A stretch of DNA of 64,000 nt, from NCBI GenBank assembly GCA_965195345.1, contig OZ239628.1:832001-896000 (forward strand). The letters are read 5' to 3'. Below are positions 29,370 to 39,102 of the stretch, piece by piece. The DNA is from an uncultured Thiomicrospira sp. Its GTDB lineage: Bacteria; Pseudomonadota; Gammaproteobacteria; CAKMZV01. The translations under genes and the position numbers were made by a program. Below the pieces are notes generated by a model that was not told the DNA's origin, searched no databases, and worked only from the letters and a program-made list of their open reading frames with translations. Within the stretch, counting starts at the first letter, position 1. Each line of letters begins with the position of its first letter.

Positions 29370-30489
29370 TCTTTACGCGCGTATTCTAAATACTCTGCTT
29401 GATTATAAACACCTCGGATCTTATTTTGATCAACATGGGCTAATTGACGCTCTATAGCATCCGATGACCAGTCCTTTTCATGCAAAATAGTGCTTGCTGT
29501 GTGTCGCCAACCATGCATAGATAATTCTTCTTTTCCAATGCCTAATCTTCGTAGTCCAGCAAGCAACGCTTCTGAACCAATTGGACGCTCATGAGTACGC
29601 ATACTTGGAAAAACATAGATGCTATTTGTCCTATTTTTTTGACATAATTCTAAAATATTAAGTGAATAAGTGCTTAAAGGTACTAAATGAACACGCCTTG
29701 ATTTCATACGACTTGCAGAAATACGAACGAGTTTATTAGCAATATCCACCTCATTCCATTCTAAACCTGCTAACTCTGATAGGCGCAAAAATACATAGGC
29801 GTTAAGCGCAAAGCATTTCCAATATTCTGATCCCAAGGGTATTCTTCCATCATTGTTAAAACACCAGATATTTGCTTGGAGTCAGTTATGCACGCATAGT
29901 GTTCTTCCTTTTCTTTTTGAAATATATCTCTAGGAATATCACGAGAAGGGCCAACACTGCAATAGCCCATGCCAACTCCATAACGAAATACGCGTGAAGT
30001 GTAATTTCGTACTTTATTCAGCGTGTGAATCTTACCAGAGTGCTCAATATTCTTGAGCAGTTCAATAATATGCTGAGGTTGAATAGCACTTATTTCGAAA
30101 TGGTCTATGTAAGGAAATACATATGTCGTACACCTATTCAGCACGTTTTCTATGGTCTTTTTACTCCAGTTCAATGAATTGAGTTCATACCATAACTGAA
30201 ATACATCCTTAAACGTTATTGATTGGGTTTTAGTAATGCTATTTGATGGATGATGCCCTTGAGCACGCATTGCACCCTTTTGAGCCGCAATTCTTCGTGC
30301 TTCAACCAAGATAAAGTAGGGTACGATCCTAAAGTCATCATCTGCTCTTTTCTATTCCAAAAATAACGATAACGCCAAGATTTCTTACCTCTTGGTGATA
30401 TCAAGGTACAAACCAAGACCATCTCCTAATCGATACACTTTATCTTTCGCAAGTGCCTGCTTTATCTGAATGTTATTTAATCGTCTCAA
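29350..30489 (-). pseudogene. int: P4-like tyrosine integrase, multiply frameshifted
   Basis: Arm-binding N-terminus (YRLGDGLGLYL..GKKSWRYRY..LGSYP..S..EAR); catalytic LR.SE, MKSRRVH.VPLS, HGWRHTAST, IERQLAH, RGVYN; indels near 30392, 30310, 29830 and 29372. Confidence 0.9.
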
Positions 30490-30644
30490 ACTTTACCCAT
30501 GTTAATTTATAAAATAAAATATTACCCATTATTTTACCCGTTTTTTTCTGGGATGGTATGGTACACATGGGACTGTATGGGACACTATAAATCCAACAAT
30601 AACCACTGATGCCAGTGATTTGGGGCTATATGGGGATGCTGTGA

Positions 30645-30720
30645 TGGTGCCCCCTGTAGGACTTGAACCTACGACCAATCGATTATGAGTCGACTGCTCT
30701 GACCACTGAGCTAAGGGGGC
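30645..30720 (-). tRNA. ileX: tRNA-Ile2 (CAU anticodon, lysidine type)
   Basis: GCCCCCTTAGCTCAGTGGTCAGAGCAGTCGACT-CAT-AATCGATTGGTCGTAGGTTCAAGTCCTACAGGGGGCACCA; closely resembles E. coli ileX; TATAAT at 30732-30737 upstream. Confidence 0.9.
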
Positions 30721-30773
30721 GCTGGGTGCGTATTATACAGCGACGCTTAAAGTTGATTGCTACGGTGTGAGCA

Positions 30774-32342
30774 TCAATTTGATTTTATAGGAAAGACCAC
30801 TCGAAATCCTAAGTCAATGCCTTTATATTCTGGGGGTGCCTCTCCAATTTGTGTTATATTTCCGCCTTCTTCAGGCATTAAAAAACTTCCACCTTTGATG
30901 ATGAGGTTGAACGAATTACCGCGCAGTATTGAGGTGTTTGTCCATTCGGAAACATTTCCCGCAAACCCTTGAATCGTATGTTTACTTGCATCTTTTGAAG
31001 CTAAAACATTTTGAGGCAACCATTTATGGTCCGCAACGCTGTTTCGGTCAACAGAAAGCCCTGACACGTATTCATTCCCATAAGGGTATTTTGTTAGATT
31101 TGCACCTGCAAGTGCTTGCCATTCTTCAGCTGAAGGTAGACGGCCTTTAGCCCAAGTAGCAAAAGACCAAGCACTCCACCAACTAATCTGAGTTACGGGT
31201 TGATTTGAAAATTTCTTTTGTTCTTCCCAGTTTAAAGGGGTATGGTCAATATTTAAAGGCTGTTGAGAATGGTTGTAAAAACCTAAATGAATTAGAGGAT
31301 CGCGAAGAAATCGTGCGTAGAGTTCCGTGGTAACTTCGTAGCGCATTATTTTTAAGTTAATGCTCGTGTGTTTGATGGGGAATTGCTCAATACTTTTTGT
31401 TTGATCATTTTCCAAATAACGAAATAAAGCAGCTAATCGGCTTTTATCAGGCGGTCCTATTTCAACATTTTGAGCATTTATGGTAGCAACTTTACTGTCT
31501 CCTCCCCAAGGTAGTGGTAGGGTTTCAATTTGAGCAGTGGGATTACGGTCATAAACGCAACGAAAACCAGTGAATTGTGATCGAAAATCATGCGGAGCAC
31601 GTCGGCGAATTAAATTCAAGCTATGCAAGCTGTAAGGTCGATTGTAAGCATTTCCGCCCATGAGCACGGGTTGCTTATCATCGATAGTCCATTCGCTTAG
31701 ATTGTTACCTAAATCATGAATGCCTTCTGGTGTGCTTGTTTCAGGGTGAGCAGAGCACGTTTCTGCTATGTTCAGCGAAGGGTCTTTATACTTCCATGCG
31801 CTGTTAATGAATACGTTTCCCCATGGATATATGCGTTTTTGTGGACCTGAACTGATTGCTTCGTATTCATCGCTTTTAGGCAATCGTCCTCCTGCCGCAT
31901 TGCAATACGCCCATGCATCAAAAAAGCTCAAGCCTCCAGCAGGGACGGTTAGTTGACCAAGTATTTTGTTGTCTTGACTTTGGCTTTGGAATGTCCAGTT
32001 TTTAGGTTGCTTGGGGTGCACGGAAGGAGGTAAGACTTGTGCCGCTCGCCAATGAGCAAAACGTCTAAATTTTCCTTGGTTCACTTCGCATTTATCAACC
32101 CATAATTCACCTATGCTTATTGTTTGTGTTGCACGTCTAAACTGATTAAGGAATGTCTTTGAAGAAGTAAGATATGGTAAGTTTTTTTGCAGAATTTCGT
32201 CAAGAGGATGTACAAATGTATTTTCTTCTGTGGTAACCTCAACGAGATCAAGAGCGGTTGGAGGAAGATAAATCCAACGCCACCAGATGCTAAAGAGCAC
32301 AATAATTATGAAGGTAAGGATGGTGAAAAAACGAAATTTCAT
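30774..32342 (-). CDS. Membrane-anchored protein with two FGE-sulfatase (SUMF1/C-type lectin fold) domains
   Basis: N-terminal TM; two sets of EV...P...S...A..Y/F....GRLP...E...YP.GN...GN.SEW...GG...GFR.V. Confidence 0.85.
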   Translation of the reverse strand: MKFRFFTILTFIIIVLFSIWWRWIYLPPTALDLVEVTTEENTFVHPLDEILQKNLPYLTSSKTFLNQFRRATQTISIGELWVDKCEVNQGKFRRFAHWRAAQVLPPSVHPKQPKNWTFQSQSQDNKILGQLTVPAGGLSFFDAWAYCNAAGGRLPKSDEYEAISSGPQKRIYPWGNVFINSAWKYKDPSLNIAETCSAHPETSTPEGIHDLGNNLSEWTIDDKQPVLMGGNAYNRPYSLHSLNLIRRRAPHDFRSQFTGFRCVYDRNPTAQIETLPLPWGGDSKVATINAQNVEIGPPDKSRLAALFRYLENDQTKSIEQFPIKHTSINLKIMRYEVTTELYARFLRDPLIHLGFYNHSQQPLNIDHTPLNWEEQKKFSNQPVTQISWWSAWSFATWAKGRLPSAEEWQALAGANLTKYPYGNEYVSGLSVDRNSVADHKWLPQNVLASKDASKHTIQGFAGNVSEWTNTSILRGNSFNLIIKGGSFLMPEEGGNITQIGEAPPEYKGIDLGFRVVFPIKSN

Positions 32343-34103
32343 TTAAGCTATAGCAGTTTTTTTCTTTATTCTTTGTAGAAAGAGTAGGAGTGCTACAAGA
32401 ATAAACAGCCACATAAATGGGATTATTTGCAGGCGATGATCTTGTTTGCTTAAATCAGGATTGGAAACGGGGAGCTGATTAAGTGCGAGTTGGTTAGGTC
32501 CAGCAGCAATGAGTAGGGAGTCGTCTTCCACTGAAGCGTAAATGAAACCCATACTGATGTCTTCTAGTCGGTTGTCAAGGATAGCAACAGGTCGCCATTT
32601 CAAATGTGTATTTTGAAATTGTTCAGGATGTACTATTAGCGCATAGCCTTTGGGGAAATCGAGCAGTTCACCCTTATAGAGACTAGGGTAGAGTCGCATC
32701 AACATGGAGGGTTGTACGGATTTCGTGTCTTTCAAGTTTTCTAACCATGAAGTAGGTTGGTGAATACGTAGGACATTTTTAGGTAATGGTTGATTGCTTT
32801 GAATAAGATATGTATTGTTGTTTTCTTGTAAAAGATTTTCTTTTTCATGTAGTTTGGGGTATGTGTCTGGAACACCTGTATCATAAAGTTGGGATAGTTT
32901 TTCAACTAAGGCATAATTTTCAAAGTTGCTTAAATCATCTTTGCTTTTGGTGATACTAAAAAGTAATTCTTTAGCTTGCCTGAGTTCTAAAGTCTGTTCT
33001 TTTTCAGCTAACTTTAGCATGGAAAAAACGTAAGTTAAGATGACGCGATTGTATTGTTCGAGAGGCAGAGTAATAGTTTCGCCACCACCTTGTTGTTTGC
33101 CATTTTCTTGCTGAGATTTGGAATTTGGCACGCGTAGATTGAAAGAGCGCGAGTCACCATTGCCAGCTCCGCCAGTTAATTCAGATGCATCCAGTCCACG
33201 TGATTCTGCCATAGCACCAACTAATGCTTCAAATAAGGAGGAGGGTTTTTGATTGCTTTCTTGTTCATTTCCTCCAGATTGGTTGGTATTTTGTTCGGGT
33301 TGTTGTTCAGCATCTCCTCCTTTCGATGGGGGTAGGAGTTCATCGTATTGCAACGCTTCCATCATTTCAGCATTAGCAAGTTCAGCTCCTGCCAGTTGCT
33401 GATCTTGTTGGTTTTGGTCGCCTTCTCCTTGAGAATTATTCTGATTTTCGCTGGGCTCTAAACCTGCTCCCTCAAGACTTTCTCCTTCAGCGTTATCTAC
33501 TTCTTGTGATTCCTGTGCTTCAATGCCTGCTATTGTTTCATCTTGTAATAATTTGTTTTCTAAGGGCTTTGTTTTTTCACCTAAATAATGCCAATGTCGC
33601 GGTCTTATGTCGTGCTCTTGTAGAATTCCTAAAGCCAAATAGTATTCACTGACCGAATAAACATCAAGGCGAATATTAAGGCGTTCTTCTTTATTTAAAG
33701 AGCGTAGATAGCGATCAAAAGCGTTGTTTTCTCGTAATAATTCGTTGCGATAAATTTTAGTATTTGATTTGAAAATTCGAATATGATTGTTATGCATTTC
33801 CACTATCGGGTATAGGTGCGGTTGACAATCATGTGGTATTGCGCATGAATGATAGTCATGAAGTCGAGCAGGTGGGCTTGATGGTAGATCATTGAAGACT
33901 ACGGAGGTGGCTATCTGACGCGCTAATATCGATGTGAGGTCGTTGTTTTTCTTAATTTCTTCTTCTGCTCTTTTTTGTTGTACGCTGAGTGTGATAATTA
34001 TCAGAATTAGAATGACCGCTACACTGTTTGCCAGTATGTCAGCAAGTGCAACCCCACCTTGAGAGAGGAGGGAAAATGGTTGTGCTTTACGAATTCCACT
34101 CAT
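32343..34103 (-). CDS. Membrane protein with ExbD/TolR/MotB-like N-terminal helix, low-complexity linker and C-terminal TM
   Basis: LADILANSVAVILILIIITL (Asp at the helix start); HDYHSCAIPHDC; Q/E/N-rich linker; C-terminal IIPFMWLFILVALLLFL. Confidence 0.6.
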   Translation of the reverse strand: MSGIRKAQPFSLLSQGGVALADILANSVAVILILIIITLSVQQKRAEEEIKKNNDLTSILARQIATSVVFNDLPSSPPARLHDYHSCAIPHDCQPHLYPIVEMHNNHIRIFKSNTKIYRNELLRENNAFDRYLRSLNKEERLNIRLDVYSVSEYYLALGILQEHDIRPRHWHYLGEKTKPLENKLLQDETIAGIEAQESQEVDNAEGESLEGAGLEPSENQNNSQGEGDQNQQDQQLAGAELANAEMMEALQYDELLPPSKGGDAEQQPEQNTNQSGGNEQESNQKPSSLFEALVGAMAESRGLDASELTGGAGNGDSRSFNLRVPNSKSQQENGKQQGGGETITLPLEQYNRVILTYVFSMLKLAEKEQTLELRQAKELLFSITKSKDDLSNFENYALVEKLSQLYDTGVPDTYPKLHEKENLLQENNNTYLIQSNQPLPKNVLRIHQPTSWLENLKDTKSVQPSMLMRLYPSLYKGELLDFPKGYALIVHPEQFQNTHLKWRPVAILDNRLEDISMGFIYASVEDDSLLIAAGPNQLALNQLPVSNPDLSKQDHRLQIIPFMWLFILVALLLFLQRIKKKTAIA

Positions 34104-34631
34104 TCATTTATCAATGGTGCGTTTGATGCGCGCAGGTAAATCTTGAAGCCGAACAGTTGACAGTAAATCTTCGTTGGCAATCATCCAGCCAATGCTAATA
34201 ACTTGGTTTGGCCATTTGCTACGCATACAGTTACGTGCTTGCGCCATGGTATTAACGCCGTTATCAAGAATAGCGAATATAAGTTGTTGCTTGCTCGATT
34301 TGGCATATATTTTTTCAATATAACGCATGAATGGATTGTCTGTGGAACAGATTGAGCTTGTTGGAATTGTTTCGTTGGTTTCAATGATTTTTAATTTGTC
34401 AGGGTAGGCGAGGACTACTAATCCTTCGCTGCCGTTTTGCCAAGAAACTTTGTATTTTGCTCCTTCGGTGGATCGGTCAAGCATGGCACGAATGTCTTGA
34501 GAAACAATAAGATTGACAAGAATTAAGATGATTATAAGTAATGCCAGTGCACCACCAAATACTTCAACCATGGGTGCATCTATTTCACTACCAGCAGTGC
34601 GGGATGTGCGTTTTTTTGCCTTAAATGCCAT
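34104..34631 (-). CDS. Single-pass membrane protein, ExbD/TolR-like
   Basis: Basic N-terminus, PMVEVFGGALALLIIILILVNL helix and small extracytoplasmic domain; directly after the MotA/ExbB gene. Confidence 0.55.
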   Translation of the reverse strand: MAFKAKKRTSRTAGSEIDAPMVEVFGGALALLIIILILVNLIVSQDIRAMLDRSTEGAKYKVSWQNGSEGLVVLAYPDKLKIIETNETIPTSSICSTDNPFMRYIEKIYAKSSKQQLIFAILDNGVNTMAQARNCMRSKWPNQVISIGWMIANEDLLSTVRLQDLPARIKRTIDK

Positions 34632-35685
34632 CTTGAGCTCTTAGACTTTCTTCAATTTGTAGGATGTTTTTTTCTTCCCATCGATACAGTAACGTTTGCG
34701 TTAGAGCAAGAATGATTGAGAGAGAGAGCGCAATTAGAGTGGTATCAAATGCAATACCCAAAGGTTCAAGTGCGTTAGCGAGAAGTTGAGAAAATTCAGA
34801 GTCATTATTTGCCAATATTGCGCTTAGTCCTTCGGTTGCAAGGGATATGCCCAAAACAGTGCCAATAAATCCAAGGATGGGAATTGCCCAATTAATGTAA
34901 CGCGGTAAGATATAAAAGGCTTCAAATTGTGCCCAAATCATTTCAAACAATCCATCGATTTTTTTTGAAGATTTTTGTACCTGAGAGTAGACTTCGTCAA
35001 AGATAGACTGTTTCATGGTTAAATTTTTGAATTCAAAAATGAGGAGAATCCATTTACCAACAAGAATTATCAAGCCCCAATAGAACAGCGATAGTGTGAT
35101 TGGAGGGATAATGCCTCTTTGAATAAATTTTGGGGCAATAGATACGATAAAGCTTATATCAGTTGCTTGCAGCCATGTAAGTGTCAATCCACAAGCTATA
35201 AGTGCAACGCAGAAGCTAATAACTACGGGAGGACCACGTAAAACGTTTTCAATTTCATTGTTAAGGGAAGTAGTGGATTCGATTGTGGTTCGTCTTTGCA
35301 GCAGTATTAGCTGTTGTGTTGCAGCAACAACCAGAGCCAGTAATAGCACTAATAAATGATCGGATATGTTGGGGCGTATATCATTCAAAATAGAACTCCA
35401 AAGACTGCTCGATACTATTACAGTAATAAGAACTAATGCAGTGGTTTGTCCATGCAATGCAAGTTGATGGTAACTGTTTTTTAGAAGGGCAAAAACGCTT
35501 GGGATGGCAAGTATCACACCAAGGAGTGTAATTAAGTATGTCCAGTTGAAGGCGTTAGCTATTATGCCTAAGCACACTATAGGGATGATGGCAGAAATTG
35601 CGTAAGAAACTTTAGGAATGCCAGTCATAGGAGGTGTTTGATTTTGCATATATTTGGTTATTAAATGAATAAGTTTTGAAAACAA
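34621..35685 (-). CDS. MotA/TolQ/ExbB proton channel family protein with extra N-terminal TM helices
   Basis: WAIPILGFIGTVLGI and LGIAFDTTLIAL signature helices. Confidence 0.85.
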   Translation of the reverse strand: MFSKLIHLITKYMQNQTPPMTGIPKVSYAISAIIPIVCLGIIANAFNWTYLITLLGVILAIPSVFALLKNSYHQLALHGQTTALVLITVIVSSSLWSSILNDIRPNISDHLLVLLLALVVAATQQLILLQRRTTIESTTSLNNEIENVLRGPPVVISFCVALIACGLTLTWLQATDISFIVSIAPKFIQRGIIPPITLSLFYWGLIILVGKWILLIFEFKNLTMKQSIFDEVYSQVQKSSKKIDGLFEMIWAQFEAFYILPRYINWAIPILGFIGTVLGISLATEGLSAILANNDSEFSQLLANALEPLGIAFDTTLIALSLSIILALTQTLLYRWEEKNILQIEESLRAQDGI

Positions 35686-35878
35686 GTTACGCTAAGAATG
35701 TATGCTCTCCCTCTGTAAAGGGGATGCATAAATCCGTATTTTAACTTTTACATCGTATTATAGTGTTCAAAGATTATTAAAGAATTCAAAGATTGTAGTG
35801 TTCGAATTGTACAGTAGAGTAAAATGCGCATGCTTTTAGAAGCAGGTTTTTATGTCAGTAAATTACGCACACTAAATT

Positions 35879-37684
35879 ATGTCCAATCAGGATCAAATCA
35901 GAAATTTCTCTATCATTGCGCACATAGATCATGGGAAATCGACCTTATCAGATCGAATTATTCAATTTTGTGGGGGGCTTGAACAACGTGAAATGAAAGC
36001 GCAGGTGCTTGATTCTCTCGATATTGAAAGAGAGAGGGGCATCACTATTAAAGCGCAATGTGTTTCGTTAACATATAAATCTAAAATCGATGGAAAGACG
36101 TATTATTTAAATTTTATTGATACACCAGGGCATGTGGACTTTTCTTATGAAGTGTCGCGCTCCTTAATGGCTTGTGAAGTCGCATTGTTGATTGTAGATG
36201 CATCTCAAGGTGTAGAGGCGCAAACGATTGCAAATTGTTATGCAGCGATGGATGCTGGATTGGAAGTGCTTCCAGTTTTAAATAAAATAGATTTGCCAGC
36301 AGCTGATTGTGAAAGGGTTCGTGCTGAAATCGAAGATACAATAGGAATTGATGCGGCAGAGGCGCTTGGAGTGAGCGCAAAGACAGGAGAAGGTGTTGAA
36401 GCGTTATTGGAGCAGCTTGTGCAGTTTACTCCTGCGCCTACAGGTGATCGAGATGCTCCTGCAAAGGCATTAATCATAGATTCTTGGTTTGATAACTATT
36501 TGGGCGTGATTTCTTTAATTCGTGTGTTTTCTGGTTCTCTATCCAAAGGCGAACGAGTTCGCGTGATGTCAATAGGGAGTAATCATGAAATAACTCAAAT
36601 TGGTCAGTTCACGCCAAAAAGAGTTCCGAGAGAATCTCTTTCAGCGGGAGAGGTTGGATATCTTGTGGCAGCGGTAAAAAACATACATGGCGTACCCGTT
36701 GGAGATACTTTAACAGGGCATGATTTGCCTTGTGATGCGCCTTTAGAAGGATTTCGATCTATCCAACCAAGAGTGTTTGCAGGTCTGTATCCTGTCAGTA
36801 CAGAAGATTACGAAGACTTTAGAGAGGGTTTGGAAAAGCTTTGTCTTAATGATTCGGCTCTACAGTATGAACCTGAAACATCCGATGCGCTTGGCTTTGG
36901 ATTCCGCATAGGTTTTTTGGGCATGTTACATATGGAAATTGTACGTGAACGGCTCGAAAGGGAGTATGATTTATCATTGATTACCACTTCCCCGACGGTG
37001 TTGTATCGTGTGGAAACACGTGATGGGGAAATTATAGAAGTTGAGAACCCTTCAAAAATGCCTTCACCTGGTGAATACGTCAATGTGTATGAACCGATGA
37101 TTAAGGCAAATATCTATGCGCCTGAAGAGTATATAGGGAACATAATAACACTATGTATTGAGAAGAGGGGCATTCAAGAGAATTTGAGTTATGTCGGCAA
37201 ACAAGCGCACTTAACGTGGAATTTACCTTTAAATGAAGTGGTCGTTGATTTTTTTGAACGTCTAAAATCATGCAGTCGCGGTTACGCTTCAATGGATTAT
37301 GAAATGGCAGGCTACTCAGCTTCTGATTTGATTAAAATGGATGTGTTAATTAATGGGGAAAATGTTGATGCTTTGGCTTGTTTAATGCATAGAGATCGAT
37401 CGCAATCTCGAGGCCGTGCTTTGATTGAGAATTTGCGCGACAGGATACCAAGACAAATGTTTGAAATAGCCTTGCAGGCTGCCATTGGTGCAAAAATTAT
37501 TGCACGAACTAACATCAGGGCATTGCGTAAAAATGTTACTGCTAAATGTTATGGAGGCGATGTTAGTCGCAAAAAGAAGCTACTGGAAAAGCAAAAAAAA
37601 GGGAAGAAGCGGATGAAGTCAATAGGTCGAGTTGAAGTGCCTCAAGATGCTTTTTTGGCTATCCTAGATAATAGAGGAGATTAG
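35879..37684 (+). CDS. lepA: Elongation factor 4
   Basis: [17 protein letters not shown]...[23 protein letters not shown]. Confidence 0.98.
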   Translation: MSNQDQIRNFSIIAHIDHGKSTLSDRIIQFCGGLEQREMKAQVLDSLDIERERGITIKAQCVSLTYKSKIDGKTYYLNFIDTPGHVDFSYEVSRSLMACEVALLIVDASQGVEAQTIANCYAAMDAGLEVLPVLNKIDLPAADCERVRAEIEDTIGIDAAEALGVSAKTGEGVEALLEQLVQFTPAPTGDRDAPAKALIIDSWFDNYLGVISLIRVFSGSLSKGERVRVMSIGSNHEITQIGQFTPKRVPRESLSAGEVGYLVAAVKNIHGVPVGDTLTGHDLPCDAPLEGFRSIQPRVFAGLYPVSTEDYEDFREGLEKLCLNDSALQYEPETSDALGFGFRIGFLGMLHMEIVRERLEREYDLSLITTSPTVLYRVETRDGEIIEVENPSKMPSPGEYVNVYEPMIKANIYAPEEYIGNIITLCIEKRGIQENLSYVGKQAHLTWNLPLNEVVVDFFERLKSCSRGYASMDYEMAGYSASDLIKMDVLINGENVDALACLMHRDRSQSRGRALIENLRDRIPRQMFEIALQAAIGAKIIARTNIRALRKNVTAKCYGGDVSRKKKLLEKQKKGKKRMKSIGRVEVPQDAFLAILDNRGD

Positions 37685-37685
37685 T

Positions 37686-38633
37686 ATGATGGTATTGCTT
37701 TGGATGGGGCTTGCATCTTCACTCTCCATTTTTTTAGGTTCAGCGATTGGATTTTGGATGTCAGTAACGTTCGAAGCAGCATTGACTTGTGTAACAGCGT
37801 TTTGCGGTATTTTTTGGTTTGGAGATTTAATTCTTTCTAAAAGAAAGAAAGATGGGAGTGAACCCAAAACAAAGAATGATGGGAGTGAGCCCAAAACAAA
37901 GAATGATGAGAGTGAGCCCAAAACAAAGAAGGATGGGAGTGAGCCCAAAACAAAGAAGGATGGGAGTAAAGACGATAAGGAAAAAAATTACATAAATTCA
38001 TTGGGTTCAATTTTTCCGGTTTTATTCTTTGTCTTTGTGCTTAGATCATTCTTTTTTGAACCGTTTCGAATTCCCTCAGGCTCTATGTTGCCGTCATTGC
38101 ATGTGGGTGATTTTGTTTTAGTGAATAAGTTTGATTACGGCATTCGCTTGCCGATAACAGGAAGTCGAATTTTTGGAAGTGGACAACCTGATAGAGGTGA
38201 TATTGCTGTTTTCCGCTATCCAAATGATCCAGATACGGACTATATAAAACGTATTATAGGGTTGCCTGGAGATCAATTGTCGATAATTGAGGGGCACATT
38301 TATTTAAACGGGAAATCGGTTCCTGTTGATTTTAAAGGCGCTTATAACGGGAAACAACGGGATCTTGTTGGTGGCAGGACAAATTTGAGTTTAGAAAAAA
38401 TGGGCGATAAAGAGTATTCCATTTTAAATTTATCTAAGGGTACTCCTAAACGGTCCATTACTATAACGGTTCCTGAGGGACAGTATTTTGTTATGGGTGA
38501 CAACAGAGACCATAGTAGTGATAGTCGTTATTGGGGATTTTTGCCGGATAAGTTTTTGAAAGGGAGAGCTTTATTTGTATGGTTGAATTGGGGTGATGAA
38601 TTTGACCTTAGCAGAATAGGGACTTCTTTGTAA
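37686..38633 (+). CDS. lepB: Signal peptidase I
   Basis: EPFRIPSGSMLP, DYIKRIIGLPGD, GDNRDHSSDSRYWG. Confidence 0.97.
   Translation: MMVLLWMGLASSLSIFLGSAIGFWMSVTFEAALTCVTAFCGIFWFGDLILSKRKKDGSEPKTKNDGSEPKTKNDESEPKTKKDGSEPKTKKDGSKDDKEKNYINSLGSIFPVLFFVFVLRSFFFEPFRIPSGSMLPSLHVGDFVLVNKFDYGIRLPITGSRIFGSGQPDRGDIAVFRYPNDPDTDYIKRIIGLPGDQLSIIEGHIYLNGKSVPVDFKGAYNGKQRDLVGGRTNLSLEKMGDKEYSILNLSKGTPKRSITITVPEGQYFVMGDNRDHSSDSRYWGFLPDKFLKGRALFVWLNWGDEFDLSRIGTSL
37851..37967 (+). repeat. 27-bp tandem repeat (4.3 copies, DGSEPKTKN/K) inside lepB
   Basis: gatgggagtgagcccaaaacaaagaa(t/g) units at 37851, 37878, 37905, 37932 and partial 37959. Confidence 0.95.
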
Positions 38634-38733
38634 TATTTTCGATTGGTTGTGAGATTTTTCTAAACTTTTAGTAAATGAATAAGTAATGCATACCTTTTTA
38701 TTTGAAGAAAAGGTTAAGTAACAGGTTAGACGA

Positions 38734-39102
38734 ATGCCTATATTTTTTTTGATTTGGTTCCTTCTTGAACTGTGGTTGTTGATCAGTGTAGGAGGAGAAA
38801 TTGGTTTTTTATGGACCGTATTTGAATTTATATTATCAGCGATGATTGGAATTATGGTTTTAAGGTTGCAAGGAATAATGTTATTCGCTAGGATAAGGGA
38901 GGCGATGCAACATCAAATCCAAGTACAGGTAAATCAAATAGGTTTGTTGCTTAGAGGTTTGGGGGGGATATTTTTGATTATTCCGGGATTTTTAAGTGAT
39001 GTTATAGGAGTGCTGCTGTTGCTTCCTTTCATACATCAATTGTCACTTTTATTTTTCCGTAAAAACACCCGTACAAGAATTAAAATTATTGAGGACGATT
39101 AG
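38734..39102 (+). CDS. fxsA: FxsA family membrane protein
   Basis: LELWLLI.VG..IG...LIIPGFLSD..G.LLLLP. Confidence 0.9.
   Translation: MPIFFLIWFLLELWLLISVGGEIGFLWTVFEFILSAMIGIMVLRLQGIMLFARIREAMQHQIQVQVNQIGLLLRGLGGIFLIIPGFLSDVIGVLLLLPFIHQLSLLFFRKNTRTRIKIIEDD

Larger units (their letters stand above)
22730..30661. mobile_element. Decayed integrative element (about 7.9 kb) at tRNA-Ile2
   Basis: 17-bp direct repeats, P4-type integrase remnant beside the tRNA, traG remnant, TA module; TACCCAT/TACCCGT arm-like motifs at about 22809-22826 and 30494-30541. Confidence 0.85.

Noticed and set aside
30645-30720. tRNA-Met call from the CAT anticodon
   Set aside because: The body matches the ileX-type tRNA-Ile2 rather than initiator or elongator Met tRNAs
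30774-32342. FGE-sulfatase protein as the target of a diversity-generating retroelement
   Set aside because: The fold is a common DGR target, but I found no reverse transcriptase and no template-repeat copy of its 3' end in the window
32343-35685. Zorya (ZorAB), flagellar MotAB or TonB/Tol operon
   Set aside because: No OmpA-like peptidoglycan-binding domain, long ZorA tail, ZorC/D/E, TonB/TolA/TolB/Pal or flagellar genes are visible
37664-37948. Minus-strand ORF with FFVLGSLPS repeats
   Set aside because: Antisense reading of the lepB VNTR
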